DNA of 64,000 nucleotides from Eledone cirrhosa (lineage: Eukaryota): the NCBI GenBank assembly GCA_964016885.1, contig OZ024745.1, forward strand, positions 126,542,001 through 126,606,000. The letters are read 5' to 3'. Of the stretch, positions 41,462 through 55,209 are shown piece by piece; the first letter of the stretch is position 1, and every line of letters starts with the position of its first letter. A program made the translations under genes and the position numbers. The notes under the pieces were generated by a model. The model had not been told where the DNA came from. It searched no databases and saw only the letters and a list, made by a program, of their open reading frames with translations.

Positions 41462-41979
41462 ATGTAACTCTCTCTCTATATATATATAGAGAGAGAGATG
41501 CTGCCACTATCAGCTATACTGACATGTATTATCAAATATAGATCTAAAGTTCCTTGTACGCGACCAAACGTCACTCACATAAAACTATAAAATCTGATTA
41601 TTTCCCTTTACACAGGAAACTCGTTTCCGACTTTAACGTTCGCTAGAAAGGGTGGCTTTGATTGGTGCTAGGATATATTATATTTTTGTTGTTGCTGTTC
41701 TTCTTGTTGTTACTATAGGTGAGTGAGGTGGGTTGGTTTGATGTTAATAATATTGGTTTGCTGTTCCGCTAACGTCACTTTTGCTGTTGCTGTTGTCTGT
41801 TGAATGGTGCAATCAGAAACTGATGTTGAATGCTGTTGCTGTGTTGATGTTGCTTTTATTATTGCAACCAAGTTGATTTTACTTTCGACATCTGTCGCTT
41901 TGACTTAATATGTCACTCGCTTCCGATAGTGTAGCTATTGCTCCGCCATCAACATATCTAAATAAAAAGACAGTATATA

Positions 41980-42297
<318 letters not shown>

Positions 42298-42553
42298 TAT
42301 ATATATATAGTTACGAATTGGCGCGAGTATCAAACTGATTACTTAGCCTCGAGGGTTTTGTCAGAGCTTGCTTAACTATTCAGACAAATGCAAGCGAAAA
42401 TACGTATGGACATACATACAGAATATATATATATATGTATGTATGTGTGTGTGTGTGTCTGTATATATATCCCTTAATCTCTCTCTGTCTCTCTGTTTCT
42501 CTCTGAGTCTGGCTCTCTCTCTCTCTATATATATATAAATACATATACATACA

Positions 42554-42830
42554 TCTTTATATATATAAAAGCGATGATGTGTGTGTGTCTGTGTACAACT
42601 TTGCATACTTAAGGCTTTTACAATTACCAACTGAATTTGACCAAATTTTTTGTGCACGTTGCACAGGTCGCTAAGATTGTCACATTACAAACATTTTTCA
42701 AATTGACCCACGTTGAGCAATACAAAATCGATATCAAAATTATCGGTAGCAAAATTGATGTAAGGGCGATAACCAACTTTATTGACAATCCTTATAAAAA
42801 AAGGGAGATAACCAACTTTTCAAAAATATA
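42554..42830 (+). mobile_element. Helitron-like 5' part
   Basis: A|TCTTTATATATATAAAAG..gtgtgtctgt..gaatttgaccaaattt. Confidence 0.55.
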
Positions 42831-43149
42831 AACATCACATTCATTTGAAGATAAATCACTAATATTATCGGTTGTTTCTTGTTTATTCTGTTGCACTTTC
42901 AAAGTTAAAAAAACACTTAAGTCTTCACCATTGTCTTCATCATAGAGATGTAACATTGTTATTAGGTAGGCCAGCTTTTCAAGGGAGCACCCCAGAGCGC
43001 TAACTAGACATGTCCGTAGCATGCGAGAAAATCTCAAAGAAGGCGGAGGGAGACTCTATCACTTGATACACCGGAAAAGAAAGGGGACTAAATCCCTTGT
43101 AGCAGTGAAAAATATCTCAGAAAAAATAGGTATATATTTGTGTCTATTT

Positions 43150-43250
43150 GAGGTTAACTTTACCTTTCATCCTTATGGGGTCGATAAAATAAAGTACCAG
43201 TAATACCCTGGTTTAATTGCTGGCCTTGTGCCAAAAGTAGAAACAATTAT
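43150..43250 (+). mobile_element. SINE family 1, 3' half
   Basis: Central domain and tail. Confidence 0.85.
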
Positions 43251-43456
43251 TTCTTCTTACTTCATAATATGTTACATAGCTTTGATATTGTGTCAATTTA
43301 ATTATTTCGATTATCCTGTCTTTCATAATCATAGAGCAACACTGGTTAAGATCGACAACACACAATCTCACATACTTGTGAAAAAATATATGTTTATATA
43401 TACATGTATATGTATGTATGCACATATATCTGTGTACCTCTCATTATTATCTCTAA

Positions 43457-43639
43457 GCGGTGAATTGGCAGTATCGGTAGAGAGACGGACATGCTTTCCA
43501 GCATAGTTACGTCCCTTTACGTTCTGAGTTCAAATCCCGCCGGTGTTAACTTTGCCTTTCATCCTTACGGGATCAATAAAATAAAGTACCAGTTATGTAC
43601 TGGGTAATTTGCTGGCCTTGTGCCAAAAGTAGAAACAAT

Positions 43640-43642
<3 letters not shown>
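43457..43642 (+). mobile_element. SINE family 1
   Basis: A/B boxes and central domain. Confidence 0.9.
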
Positions 43643-43675
<33 letters not shown>

Positions 43676-43880
43676 CATACATATATAATATATATATTCA
43701 ATACATAAACAGAGAAAGCCTTAGGCGATACTCCGACCAACTCCATCTCACTCAACAAACATTAGGATATACTAAAGTATTATCCCAATTTAGTGTTTGG
43801 GGTGCTAACTAATCAGTATTTCGTGGATAATTGGTTGTATTATTTTCTATGAGACATTATTAAATAAATATCTCATTTCT

Positions 43881-44004
43881 TCCAGACGGCCGTTTCGTTA
43901 TAAGATTTCTACAATTTGGGATAAATAATTTTCAGGTTATGTAGAAACTTGTATATAATCCATAGTTTTATACACAAGCGGGCTCTTATAAACTCATCAG
44001 TGGA
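43881..44004 (-). ncRNA. Type I HHR with ~100-nt branched helix II (family D)
   Basis: UCCA-CUGAUGA-GUUUAUAAGA-[CUUGUGUAUAA/UUAUAUACAAG][UUUCUACA/UGUAGAAA]-UCUUAUAAC-GAAA-CGGCCG-UC-UGGA. Confidence 0.85.
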
Positions 44005-44189
44005 TGCCCAGTCAATAACGATATATATATATATGCAATGATCGAACCTGACTCCAAAATCGCAAGATCCTCAAATACGTCTCGATTCTTCGGAACAAAA
44101 TTTCCAAAAGAGTCAGACCCTGGCGGCTGAGATCCGGCGGTTTCGACAGCTAGATCCGAACTAACCCACCAGTATTCTATATATATATA

Positions 44190-44379
44190 GGGCGGTGGAT
44201 TGGCAGTATCGGTAGAGGGTCGGACACCATGCTTTGCAGCAAAGAGTTACGGACCTTTATTATCTGTGTTCAAATCCCGCCCGAGGTTAACTTTGCCTTT
44301 CATCGTTACGGGGTTGATAAAATAAAGTACCAGTAATGCACTGGTTAATTGCTGGCCGTGTACCAAAAGTAGAAACAAT

Positions 44380-44382
<3 letters not shown>
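44190..44382 (+). mobile_element. SINE family 1
   Basis: Full length, within a TA tract. Confidence 0.9.
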
Positions 44383-44427
<45 letters not shown>

Positions 44428-45262
44428 AATTTATATAGCTACACATGTTCATACAGCTACTTCTAGTTATCGTTATCTTCATATACTATTTGCCGTATAA
44501 AATTAAATCAAGCATAAACTATCATCACAGAGAAAATTCGTTTACAAATTTCATCGGAGCGAAAAAAACGTTAAATCATATAACATAGCACTAATTTGTT
44601 TCGAAATTTGTACACAAATGTAAATTCTAAATTTCGCCCTTTCCTAATTTTCCTTTCATAAATATCCATGCTATTGTTTGAATTATTCAATACTTATTAG
44701 CACAGTTCAGTTCAGTTAGTTGTAATCAGATACAGTGGCTAGTTACAGTACACCACTTTAAGCAACAAAATATTTGTATAATTAACAAGTGCTTTATTAA
44801 CTTGCAGAGAAAATGTAAATGAGTCATGATAAAAGTGGCTATGAAATACTGTACTAGTTACATAAATTCAGCATCCACCACCACTATCACTATATATCAC
44901 AATGCTGAGACCCTCTTCCTTCTCTGAATGAGAGTCTTTAATACATGCAGACATTTTCTATCCCAAGAAATGTTGATCCCTGGATACGATATACCCCATA
45001 TCATTCCTCCCCTAAATCCTGCAATAATGATATAAATCAAATTTTAAGGATATAAGGAGATAGATTATGTTCTTGTGGTAACTTCCCAGAAACTCTTTGG
45101 CACTATTTGTTCCAATGTAGACACATTTCTGTGTTATTGTGTGACGTAAAGTTGGGTGAAATAGTGCCAACAGATGAAATATGGAAGTGTTAGAAACAGA
45201 TATATACAAACACACATGGCGTTTTATTTTCTATATAAACAATAAACACTCCCACAAGGATA

Positions 45263-45460
45263 TGGTCCGAACGTGGAAGGGTCGAACTCCCACTGTCATC
45301 GCCTCCATCTCTTTCGCCCTCCCCATCTCTCTGTATGGTGGGCAAAAAGGGTCCCACGTGCTGGCCTCCCTACAGCCCTGGCGGACAGAATGGAGAAGGC
45401 GTTTCCCCGGAGGATGGTAGGGAAATGCGCTGGAAGAGCCATTCCATCTGAGAGAGAGAA
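45263..45460 (-). pseudogene. CRE-like retrotransposon 3' end
   Basis: WLFQRIS (frameshift) TILRGNAFSILSA plus shared 3' UTR. Confidence 0.78.
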
Positions 45461-45759
45461 AACATCTTGAAACCGATCATTAAAAAAACCTACCAAGATT
45501 GGAGATACGTAAAGGAGGATACATATTGGCTGCTACGTAAAGATCCAACAACAGAACCTTCTAGCTCTTTTACAGTTTCCCTTGTTTACCATTTTTCTCT
45601 CTTTTTTTTTGCCACTATTTTATTTTATTTTTAATTTCTATTTTTACATTCACTTATATCTATCTATCTTGTTTTAGTTTTGTTCTCAACTGTAAGAAGT
45701 ACTAGATACTTCCCCTAATATGTCATGCTTTACTAGCTCTATACAGACGTTTAAATTGA

Positions 45760-45791
<32 letters not shown>

Positions 45792-47168
45792 CACTTGTAA
45801 ATTTAGCACCCTAGCAACAACACCACAAAGCAGCGTCGTTGAAACAATGGAGGAATTACTTTAGACGCCACTAAATCAAGGCAAGTCAGTGTCACACCAG
45901 ACATTTGCAAACTTATGGCATGGGCTGAAAGAATCCTGGGAGAGTTGTATTTATTAAACTTCCAAACATTGTCTACAGTCAATACAACTATTCCATAGCG
46001 TCACTGGAGCGTATAGTAATGTCTTTTTTATCGAACGAACAATTACAGTTACATATAACTAAATTGTCCATTACTGATTCTCATGTTCGTGTGGTTATTG
46101 TTGTTTTTTGTTATATTTTTTTTTTTGGGGGGGGGGGGGGGGTCAGCGTCGTCAAATTGTCGAAAGAATCTAACGTTGTTTAAAATGCCCAGGCAGACTG
46201 GCACCCCATTTTACACTTCCTTGTTTTTCTGGTCTCTTTTATCCCCCTCTTCTACCTTCGTTTTCGTCGTCTGCCTTCTACTTTCTTCTTTTCTTTTCTG
46301 TTTTCTCTCCACCAACGCTCAATCACTTATGCCTTGATAGAACCCCCCACCTTCCACATATATAACGAAAGCTTTTAACCTAAGGGTGACATTCAAAGTA
46401 GCTTAATTGAAACCTTTTGATAATGTTTTCAGTATAGTATTACCGTTATAATTTATTCATTCTTGTGTGGGAAATTTTAGTCTCAATCAACAAAACAAGT
46501 CAATTTCTAGTTAAGAAATCAAGTAAAATATGATTAGTGGGTAGAGCGCTGCTACAGCTATATGAAAAAGCAATGCTATTCATTTCATTAATATATTACC
46601 GTATTTCCCGGCGCCGAAGACGCTACTTTTTCCCTAAAATAAGTCTCAAAAATCTTCCATGCAAAAAAATCACAAGCAAAAAGACACAGGCAAAGAAGTT
46701 ATAAGCAAGGATAATTGGTGTACAATGCAGGAGTCAATACAGTCAATAAGGCATGTATGAGGAAAGAGTTATAATGCAGTTGAAATAAACATATTTTGTG
46801 TGGGGTGTTAAAGCATGTTATAATTGTTATAAACATTTAAGATAGTGTGCAATTTATTAGAGAGACATGTGGTGATAATGTAGGTATTTTTTATGTAAGG
46901 TGTAATGTAAAGCACGTGATAGAGTTCGGTATGTGATTTTCATTTAAGTGTTTTTGTGTTGTAGTTCGTATTTATGTACATGTGTTGTTTGTTACTCACA
47001 GCTATTAACCATGGGATTATTTTAAGTCGTTTAGTACTTAGTACTTAGTACTACTCTACATATTTATATCAAACATATATAAATATAAATATAAATATTA
47101 CTATATATATATATATATATATTAAGAGAGTAAAACAAAGAAGTCTTCAATACATCAAAAGTCTTTAT

Positions 47169-47210
47169 TAGCCGACAATGTTTCGTCCTATTAAGGACTC
47201 ATCAGGGCAA
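47169..47210 (-). ncRNA. Canonical compact type I HHR
   Basis: GCC-CUGAUGA-GUCC-uuaaua-GGAC-GAAA-CAUUG-UC-GGC, inside a ~320-bp insert between (TA)n tracts. Confidence 0.88.
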
Positions 47211-47436
47211 TTAAAACAACAAGAAGTAATATCGGCAGATACAAGCCGGAAGCTCCGAAGAATATGGAGTGTACATACACTGAAGTATTACAAAAATATA
47301 TAATAAAAATATATGATAAAAATTACTAAGGATGTTAATTTTTCGGCTCTGTTTAACTACATTGAGCTATACCTTATACTGTCATTTCTATAATACGAAG
47401 AGGGTGTTTAACTCCAACACACTCCAGTATTTTAAC

Positions 47437-47489
<53 letters not shown>

Positions 47490-47743
47490 AGTGTGCAATG
47501 TAAATGTGTGTGTGTGTATCTATGTGTAGTGTGTGTGTGTCCGTGCATGTGTGAATTTGTGTGAGTGGATTTCTTTTACTACAGACAATAGTCTATTTGT
47601 AACAGAATCTATAAGGCCCTAGAATGGAAAAAAATGGGCATCAGCCTGCGTGAGATTCGACCCTACACCACATATTTTGGCGATAAGTGAAAACACACAC
47701 ATACACACACACGCACACACACACATATACGCATACGCGCGCT

Positions 47744-47794
<51 letters not shown>

Positions 47795-48134
47795 TTGATG
47801 ACCTTCTGCAGTTTCCTTCTACGAAATTTCACTCATAAGTCATTGACCAACCTCAATTAGAATCCTATCACGATCTTATCAGAAAATAAATTATGGTCTT
47901 TTGTCTTTTTTTTTTTTTTGTATCAAAATTGCGACACGTACGTCTTATAAAATGTGTGTCCGTTGCTTATAGCACCTTTATTCAGGCAGTAGGATTGTGT
48001 GAGGGGGAACATGCTGACATTTCCTCTCATACAATGTTGTACATAATTTTATTAGGTTAGGTTAATATTGAACAAGGTACAATTATTAGATAAAAATAAT
48101 ATATTATTGTATGTATTTTATGTATTTTATGAGA

Positions 48135-48410
48135 GTCGCAGTGGCGTCGTATTGACATACGGCGTTTCTTGGTCATTTGAAGCCTGGCGGAGCCCACCGT
48201 TCTCCAGGCCTGGGGACAGCAGATTTGCACAGCGCAGCACATTTCTTCCTGAACGAGGAAGAATCAACCTCTGTACCAGACTGGTACTTTTTTTATCAAC
48301 CTCGAAAAGATGAAAGGCAAAGTTCACCCCTGTGGGATTTGAACTCAGAGAGCCGGAACAAATATCATAAAGCATTTTATCCAATGTTCTAACGACTGCC
48401 AATACGCCAC
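48135..48410 (-). mobile_element. SINE family 2
   Basis: Homologous to 34370-34685. Confidence 0.8.
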
Positions 48411-48524
48411 CTGTATTTTAAACATACAACCCAAAGCATTATACTACAAATTACTACTTTGTTTCATGACCTTTAGCAGCAACTATTGCAGCAATTTCTG
48501 CGAGACGTTGATTCCCCCAAGATC

Positions 48525-48568
<44 letters not shown>

Positions 48569-48639
48569 ATATTTATATATACATATACATATATATATAT
48601 GTGTGTGTGTGTGTGTGAGCGTATGTATGTGTTTATTTG

Positions 48640-48890
48640 TTGTTGAACCTGAGACGAATGCTCCAGTTGATTGAATCAACAGACTGTCTGTTCGTGAAAA
48701 GAGCTTGTAAGTAGCTGAGCATTCAAGGGATACTCAGCATTACACAATCTGACAAAGCTGGGTCTTGAATTACAGGTACAACTAATTTGTGCCAGCTGTG
48801 TTAATTGGAACAATCTGAAATAAAGTGTTTTGTCAAGAATACAACGCAGTGCTCGTAATCGAACTCACAACATTACGGACGTCAGCCCCA
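48640..48890 (-). mobile_element. SINE family 3, head interrupted by MITE
   Basis: B box gtgagttcgatt on minus strand. Body matches 2236-2540. Confidence 0.65.
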
Positions 48891-48893
48891 AAC

Positions 48894-49097
48894 TTAACCC
48901 TTTAGCATTTAAACCGGCCATATCCAGCCAGAATTCTCTCACCTACTTCTGTTCAAACTGGTCATAACCGGCCACTCATACTGATATTAAAGTATTGTTC
49001 TCAACATAAATGATATCGAGATATTATGTGACGAAAATATTATGCCACGAAAATATAATAGTATATATATAGAGTAATGTAAATGCTGAAGGGTTAA
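48894..49097 (+). mobile_element. piggyBac-like MITE
   Basis: TTAA-CCCTTTAGCATTTA...TAAATGCTGAAGGG-TTAA. Confidence 0.88.
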
Positions 49098-49194
49098 ACC
49101 AATATGTGATGTGATGCACCTTTGTGCACATATAAAGGGACAGTACTGGTACCCATTATCATTTCTTTGAATACGCTAACCCTTATAATTCGTT

Positions 49195-49440
49195 AGAATG
49201 TCTAAGGAAACAACCCCTGGACAGATTTGATGGGCGAAATCAGTTGACAGGAGGCCCCGTGCTAGACAATAGGCATGGGAGTTTCATAATATCCCTGAGC
49301 GTGATTGGTATCACGTGAGAATCAAGCTGGATGATTTGGAGACGGTTGCTTATGATAGGGACCTTTGGAAGGTGTCACTGAATACTCAGCACCTTCGATC
49401 CCTCAAGAAGAAGAAGTTGATGATGATGATGATGATGATG
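49195..49440 (+). pseudogene. RTE-type LINE 3' end with (GAT)n tail
   Basis: RRPRARQ...IKLDDLETVAYDRDLWK. Confidence 0.65.
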
Positions 49441-49450
49441 GAGAAAAAAA

Positions 49451-49509
<59 letters not shown>

Positions 49510-50514
49510 ACAGCAGCAGTAGTAGTAGAGATGTGTTTAACAATATATTTCCAGTTGTTCAGCATGTTCTTGGGAGAAAGAAAATGTCTAAACAACATTT
49601 GACGCAATAAGATGGTAAACAAGGTCCAAATAGTGAAGGTCATGTGTCTACTTGACATGAACGACAGAACTGCTTACTCTAAACATACTGCAGTAGATTT
49701 TGTAAATACAGTCCTTCGTGAGAAAATAACATTTACTTTTATCTACTACCATTCTTCATGCGCTCCACGTCCATTTTGGGTTTCTAGTATAGTCCTGCTA
49801 CACACACACATATATATATACTATACTATACTCCCACACACACAGACACACAAATACACACACTCAAACACACAAATACACACACGCAAACACACAAATA
49901 CACACACGCAAACACCCGCATTCCCCACAAATACAATCTCACAAACCCATCCACATACATACAGACACACAGACACAAGCACACACGCACACACATACAC
50001 ATTATCGGTATATATATATATAATAGAATTCCTTTGTTCACATTTTGAACTTACCCGCCAAAAACCGGGGGTTACTTCCTTTGTTGGAAATAACACGTGA
50101 CAGTGAAACACTGGGAGCTACAAATGATAGCAATTCAGTGTTCCAGTCCACACCGTCTTGAAGCATAGAACGAAATTTCCTGTTGATGACGTGAATCCTC
50201 TGTTCGATCATGGAATACCACAGGCTTACACATTACGTAAGCTGGATGAATGATATCGGTTCATAGAAACCTATCGAACGTATTGCAAAATATCGTTCGA
50301 TATGTCCAGATCAGTTGTTTAACCTGATTAGTTTTTTCGTTGTTTTTTGGTATTGTGTGGCTAGGTCTGCCTGCCGCAATTTTCAATTTGTCAAGCTGTC
50401 TAAACGTAAGTTATTACTCTAAGGCCTTCCTTGTTGAGTGCTTTGCTGCTCATTCCTAATTGTAGGTCGTTAGCTTGGCCACAGCCAAAGCTTCGGTTTT
50501 ACTAAGCTTCCAGT

Positions 50515-50592
<78 letters not shown>

Positions 50593-51084
50593 CAAGTATG
50601 TTTTGAAACAGTGAGCAGGTTTGAAATTAGAAAATAGAATAGCTTTCACCGTATTTTTGACTAAAGGAATGTTAGCCTGATAATGGGGTTTAGAACCCTC
50701 AGATAAATGGAAAAAGATGAGTATTGACGTACATTATATATATATATATATATAATAAAGTAAAATGACAGGAAGCCGGGCCTGCCTGGTCTCCTGTCAT
50801 TTTACTTCATAATATATTTAACTCCATTCCCGCCTCCACAAGCAGGATTCAACATCAAAGCTGGATGAGTTGCTTAACGTTGAGTTCTTTCCTACCATTA
50901 CATCATGATTAACATTATATGAAGTTCGCACTATATGTAAATGACTATTTCTAGTCGTTGTTTCATACGCATTAATTTATACTTGTCTCAGTATTGACTA
51001 AGTAAAAATCTAGAAACATCTGTCAAGCTTACTCTCCGGCTACTGAGATAATTGTGACCATGATCACAGTTTCAAACATTCATA

Positions 51085-51215
51085 GCGGGACTCTTGCATG
51101 TTTAGTTTAAATATACATATCGTATATGCTTTCATATACACCGCTGTTATATATATATATAACGTTTCAGACGATCCCGTTAAGGGTGAAAGCTTAAACT
51201 TTAATCTGTTATCTG

Positions 51216-51306
<91 letters not shown>

Positions 51307-51368
51307 CAGCAGTGTATATGAAAGCATATACAATATGTATATTTAAAATAAACATGCAAGAGTCCCGC
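51085..51368. repeat. ~66-bp inverted repeat around TA tracts
   Basis: gcgggactcttgcatg..gctgttata versus tataacagc..catgcaagagtcccgc. Confidence 0.85.
51164..51199 (+). ncRNA. HHR-like motif with CAGACGA core (family C)
   Basis: GUUU-CAGACGA-UCCC-guuaa-GGGU-GAAA-GC-UU-AAAC. Confidence 0.55.
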
Positions 51369-51566
51369 TTTTTTTTTTTTTTTTTTTTTTTTTTTAATGT
51401 GGCAATATACAGGAAACTGACTGGCCAGTCTGCTGATATGCAAATCTGGCTGATCAGTGGATCTGCTAATATACAGATCTCACTGATCAGCCATTCTGCT
51501 AATTTCTGTATATTTTTGAAAATACCATATATTTTCACTAGTTCTGACAGTTGGCAGTTGAACAGT

Positions 51567-51616
51567 GAGCTGTACTGATGAAGGGTGATACCCAGAAACA
51601 TTAGTGTCTGCAGTTC
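51567..51616 (+). ncRNA. Type I HHR
   Basis: GAGCUGUA-CUGAUGA-A-GGGU-gau-ACCC-A-GAAA-CAUUAGUG-UC-UGCAGUUC. Helix I is 8 bp. Confidence 0.83.
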
Positions 51617-52228
51617 TGTTCGCATGCCAACCCAAGAGCAAGAATGAAGGGTTCATTCTACTGACATGGCTATAAAATTGAGGCTTGTTTGCATAATTGC
51701 AAACGAATCGAATGTTATTATTAATATTCGAAAAACTCAGATTACATTTATTGTATTCAGCCATGTAGGGTGAACATTTTATATGTATATATATAATTGA
51801 TTTAGGTGTCGCAGAAACCCTTTACTGGATTATACCATCAATTCCAGGGGTCCAGGTAAATATTCTTTTGTTTGACCTGTTTAGCTTGCTTCCTTTTTTT
51901 TTTTTTACCGCCATTCTCAGTTTGTTTGGCCTCTATAACCTATGTTTATTGCTCTGGTCTTTTTTTAGTCCACGGAGCGCTTGCTGCATAACTCGGAAAT
52001 TGCGTTTCGCTTTGTTTTCGACCACTGACGAAATTCGATCTCGCTGAAATTATATATATATATTTATTAGGATTGGTGCTCTGAAATAGCGATATATACA
52101 TGAATGTATGTATAGTATATTTGGCAATATACCGTATGTTTAATTAAAAACATCTAGAAGACCATACGTTATCGGTTTTAAAGTAGTGACTATGTCACTT
52201 ATTTCTTTTCGACGAAAGAAGGGAGAGA

Positions 52229-52270
52229 AGCTAACAGTCTGTTTCACGCTGGTTGGCAATCATCAGAGCC
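52229..52270 (-). ncRNA. Type I HHR, weak helix II
   Basis: GGCU-CUGAUGA-UUGC-caacca-GCGU-GAAA-CAGACUG-UU-AGCU. Confidence 0.7.
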
Positions 52271-52339
52271 ACGCCGAAAATTATAGAAGCTGGATTCCCT
52301 AATACCTAATTTCTCCTGGACCACTATTCTTCCACCACT

Positions 52340-52502
52340 CCCCCTCACACCCTCTCGGAACTCCTCTCCCCCCCCCCCCCCCATTCCCATGATGAAGGGC
52401 TTATGCCCGAAACGTCATCCCCCATCCCCCACCCCTTACTCTCAATTCTGAACCTAATACCTAACAACTTTCGTAACTCTCCTCCTTGTTGTTATTTACG
52501 TT

Positions 52503-52505
<3 letters not shown>
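52340..52505 (+). mobile_element. PLE-like terminal repeat with minimal HHR-like core
   Basis: aUGAUGA-A-GGGC-uuau-GCCC-GAAACGUC. Homologue at 1380-1520. Confidence 0.55.
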
Positions 52506-52595
<90 letters not shown>

Positions 52596-52735
52596 ATAAT
52601 AATAATGAAATTATTGTGTACAGTGCTCAGGTGCACTACAAAAATGAAATTATTATCTATAGACTTTGACTGAGATCGAAACCCAGAGCAGGTTCTCCAC
52701 CGTCTCTAATACCTACCATTAGGCCACGGAGACAG

Positions 52736-52802
<67 letters not shown>

Positions 52803-52949
52803 CATGTGTTTGTGTGAATGTACCACTGACTGTAACATTTATTTCTGACGGCGCAGAAATAAATCAAATGCGACCACTACTAAGTTTGTAATTAATACAC
52901 AAAACTTAGCGTTCGGTTAGAGGACATTGTTACATTGCTACATTGTCTC

Positions 52950-53970
52950 ATACACATACACAAACATACTAACACACACATAGAAACACACACATACTAA
53001 CATACACATACTGACACACACATACATACACACACATACTAACACACACATACAGACACACACACACATACTAACACACACATTCTAACACACATACTAA
53101 CGCACACATACTAACACACACATACTAACACACACATACAGACACACACACATACTAACACACGCATACAGACACACATCCTAACACACACATACAGACA
53201 CACATCCTAACACACACATACAGACACACACATACTAACACACACATACAGACACACACATACTAACACACAAATACCGACACACACACATACTAACACA
53301 CATACAGACACACACATGCAAAGACACACATACAGACACACACATACTAACACACACATACTAACACACACATACAGACACTCACATACTAAGCACACAC
53401 ATACAGACATACACATACAGACACACACATAGCGACACACATACTAACACACACATACAAACACACACATACTAGCACACACATACTAACACACACATAC
53501 AGACACACATACACACACGTGCGCGCGCCCCTCCGCATACACACGTAACATACAAACACATACTACAAACACACACTCACAGACACCGCAACATACAAAT
53601 ACACACACGCTCACACACACTCACACACACACTCACACACACACACACACACACACACTCACTCACACACACACACATACGCGCTCCTCCACATACACAC
53701 GCAACATACAAATGCACACACACAAACACATACTACAAACACACACTCACAGACACCGCAACATACAAATACACACACACTCACACACACTCTCTCTCAC
53801 ACTCACACACACTCTCTCTCACACACACACACGCGCGCATTCACATGCAACATACAAACACACACACACAAACACATACTACAAACGCACACACTCACAG
53901 ACACCGCAACATACAAATAAACACACGCTCACACACACTCACTCACACGCTCACACACACACACACCCGC
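52950..53970. repeat. Compound CA-rich array (CATACTAA and CATACAGA variants)
   Basis: Includes three copies of a longer unit containing cagacaccgcaacatacaaat. Confidence 0.9.
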
Positions 53971-53989
53971 AGTCGATACATCATCTATT

Positions 53990-54150
53990 ATTCTACCATC
54001 CTCTGGGGAAACGCATTCTCCATTCTGTACGCCGGGGCTGTAAGGAAGCCAGCACATGGGACCCCATGTTCTCACCATACGGAGAGATGGGAAGGGTGAG
54101 AGAGATGGAGGCGATCACAGCGGTAGTTCGGCTCTTCCACGTTCGGACCA
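53990..54150 (+). pseudogene. CRE-like retrotransposon 3' end
   Basis: TILWGNAFSILYA plus 3' UTR. Confidence 0.78.
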
Positions 54151-54684
54151 AATCGTAATTGACAATATACACAGAAATTGAACGAAGTCTACGTTACACT
54201 GTCTTATGTAATCAGTAAAGTAATCCATGATACATTAAAAAAAGACGATATTATATATAAACTGCATTAAGAAAAAAATTAGTAACGGAAACATATGAAC
54301 GTTTATTTAAGCGATCGCTAACCGGAAGTGTTGACATTTGAAACTTTTAAAGAAGGGAATCTTAAAATAAGCAATACTATAAATTTAATCAAGAGTTAGG
54401 AAATTTAGTTGATTGGCAATATCGGTAGAGGGTCGGACGCCATGCTTTGACGCATAGCGTTACGGCCCTTTTCATCCTGAGTTCAAATCCCACCAAGGTT
54501 AACTTTGCCTTTCATCCTTATGGGATCGATAAAATAAAGTACCAGTAATGCACTGGGGTAATTGGTGGCCTTGTTCCAAAAGTAGAAACAATTATTTATT
54601 CAAAGTAATCCAACTTATTTTACAAACGGGATAAAAAAGAATATATTCTGGACACAATCTCGCACTCCTTCATTATAATTAAGA
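54150..54684 (-). mobile_element. 3'-truncated Helitron copy with nested SINE (54411-54596, subtype B-like)
   Basis: Homologous to 19724-20305. A|TC at 54684. Confidence 0.82.
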
Positions 54685-55084
54685 TTTATTGTATTTGCCG
54701 GTCTATTGGACGCCCCTTCGCATAAGACGCTCCCTATTTTTAAAAATTATATTTTATGTTATATTTTGACGTTTATAGGCATTTTTATGGACCACGTCCA
54801 ATATTCATGGGGTTTCAATATTCGCGGGTACTCTAGGAACGTAACCTCCCGCGAATACCTGGGGACAACTGTATAATAAAATGTTGTAGATTGCTTGAAG
54901 CATTGTATTTAATATATAATGTGTAAAGTGATTATATGAAAGAAGGCTAAAACTATGAAAAAGTTAGTTATTTGGTAGTCTTTGTTTTTTTTGTGTTTTT
55001 AAACAAAGATTACCTTTTCATTACCTTCATCTTACTGTCAATTATATACTGTTTTAGCTTTCTTACACATGTCACTTTCCACAT

Positions 55085-55117
<33 letters not shown>

Positions 55118-55209
55118 GGAAAGTTATATTTAAATTGTTGGGTTACAACTAGTAAATATTTATAACTGATATAAAAGCACTCGACAAGTATTTGGAGTAT
55201 ATTTACAAC

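Noticed and set aside
52021-52052. CUGACGA...GAAA motif
   Set aside because: No helix I or II, and the sibling copy at 28047 reads CUGCCGA.
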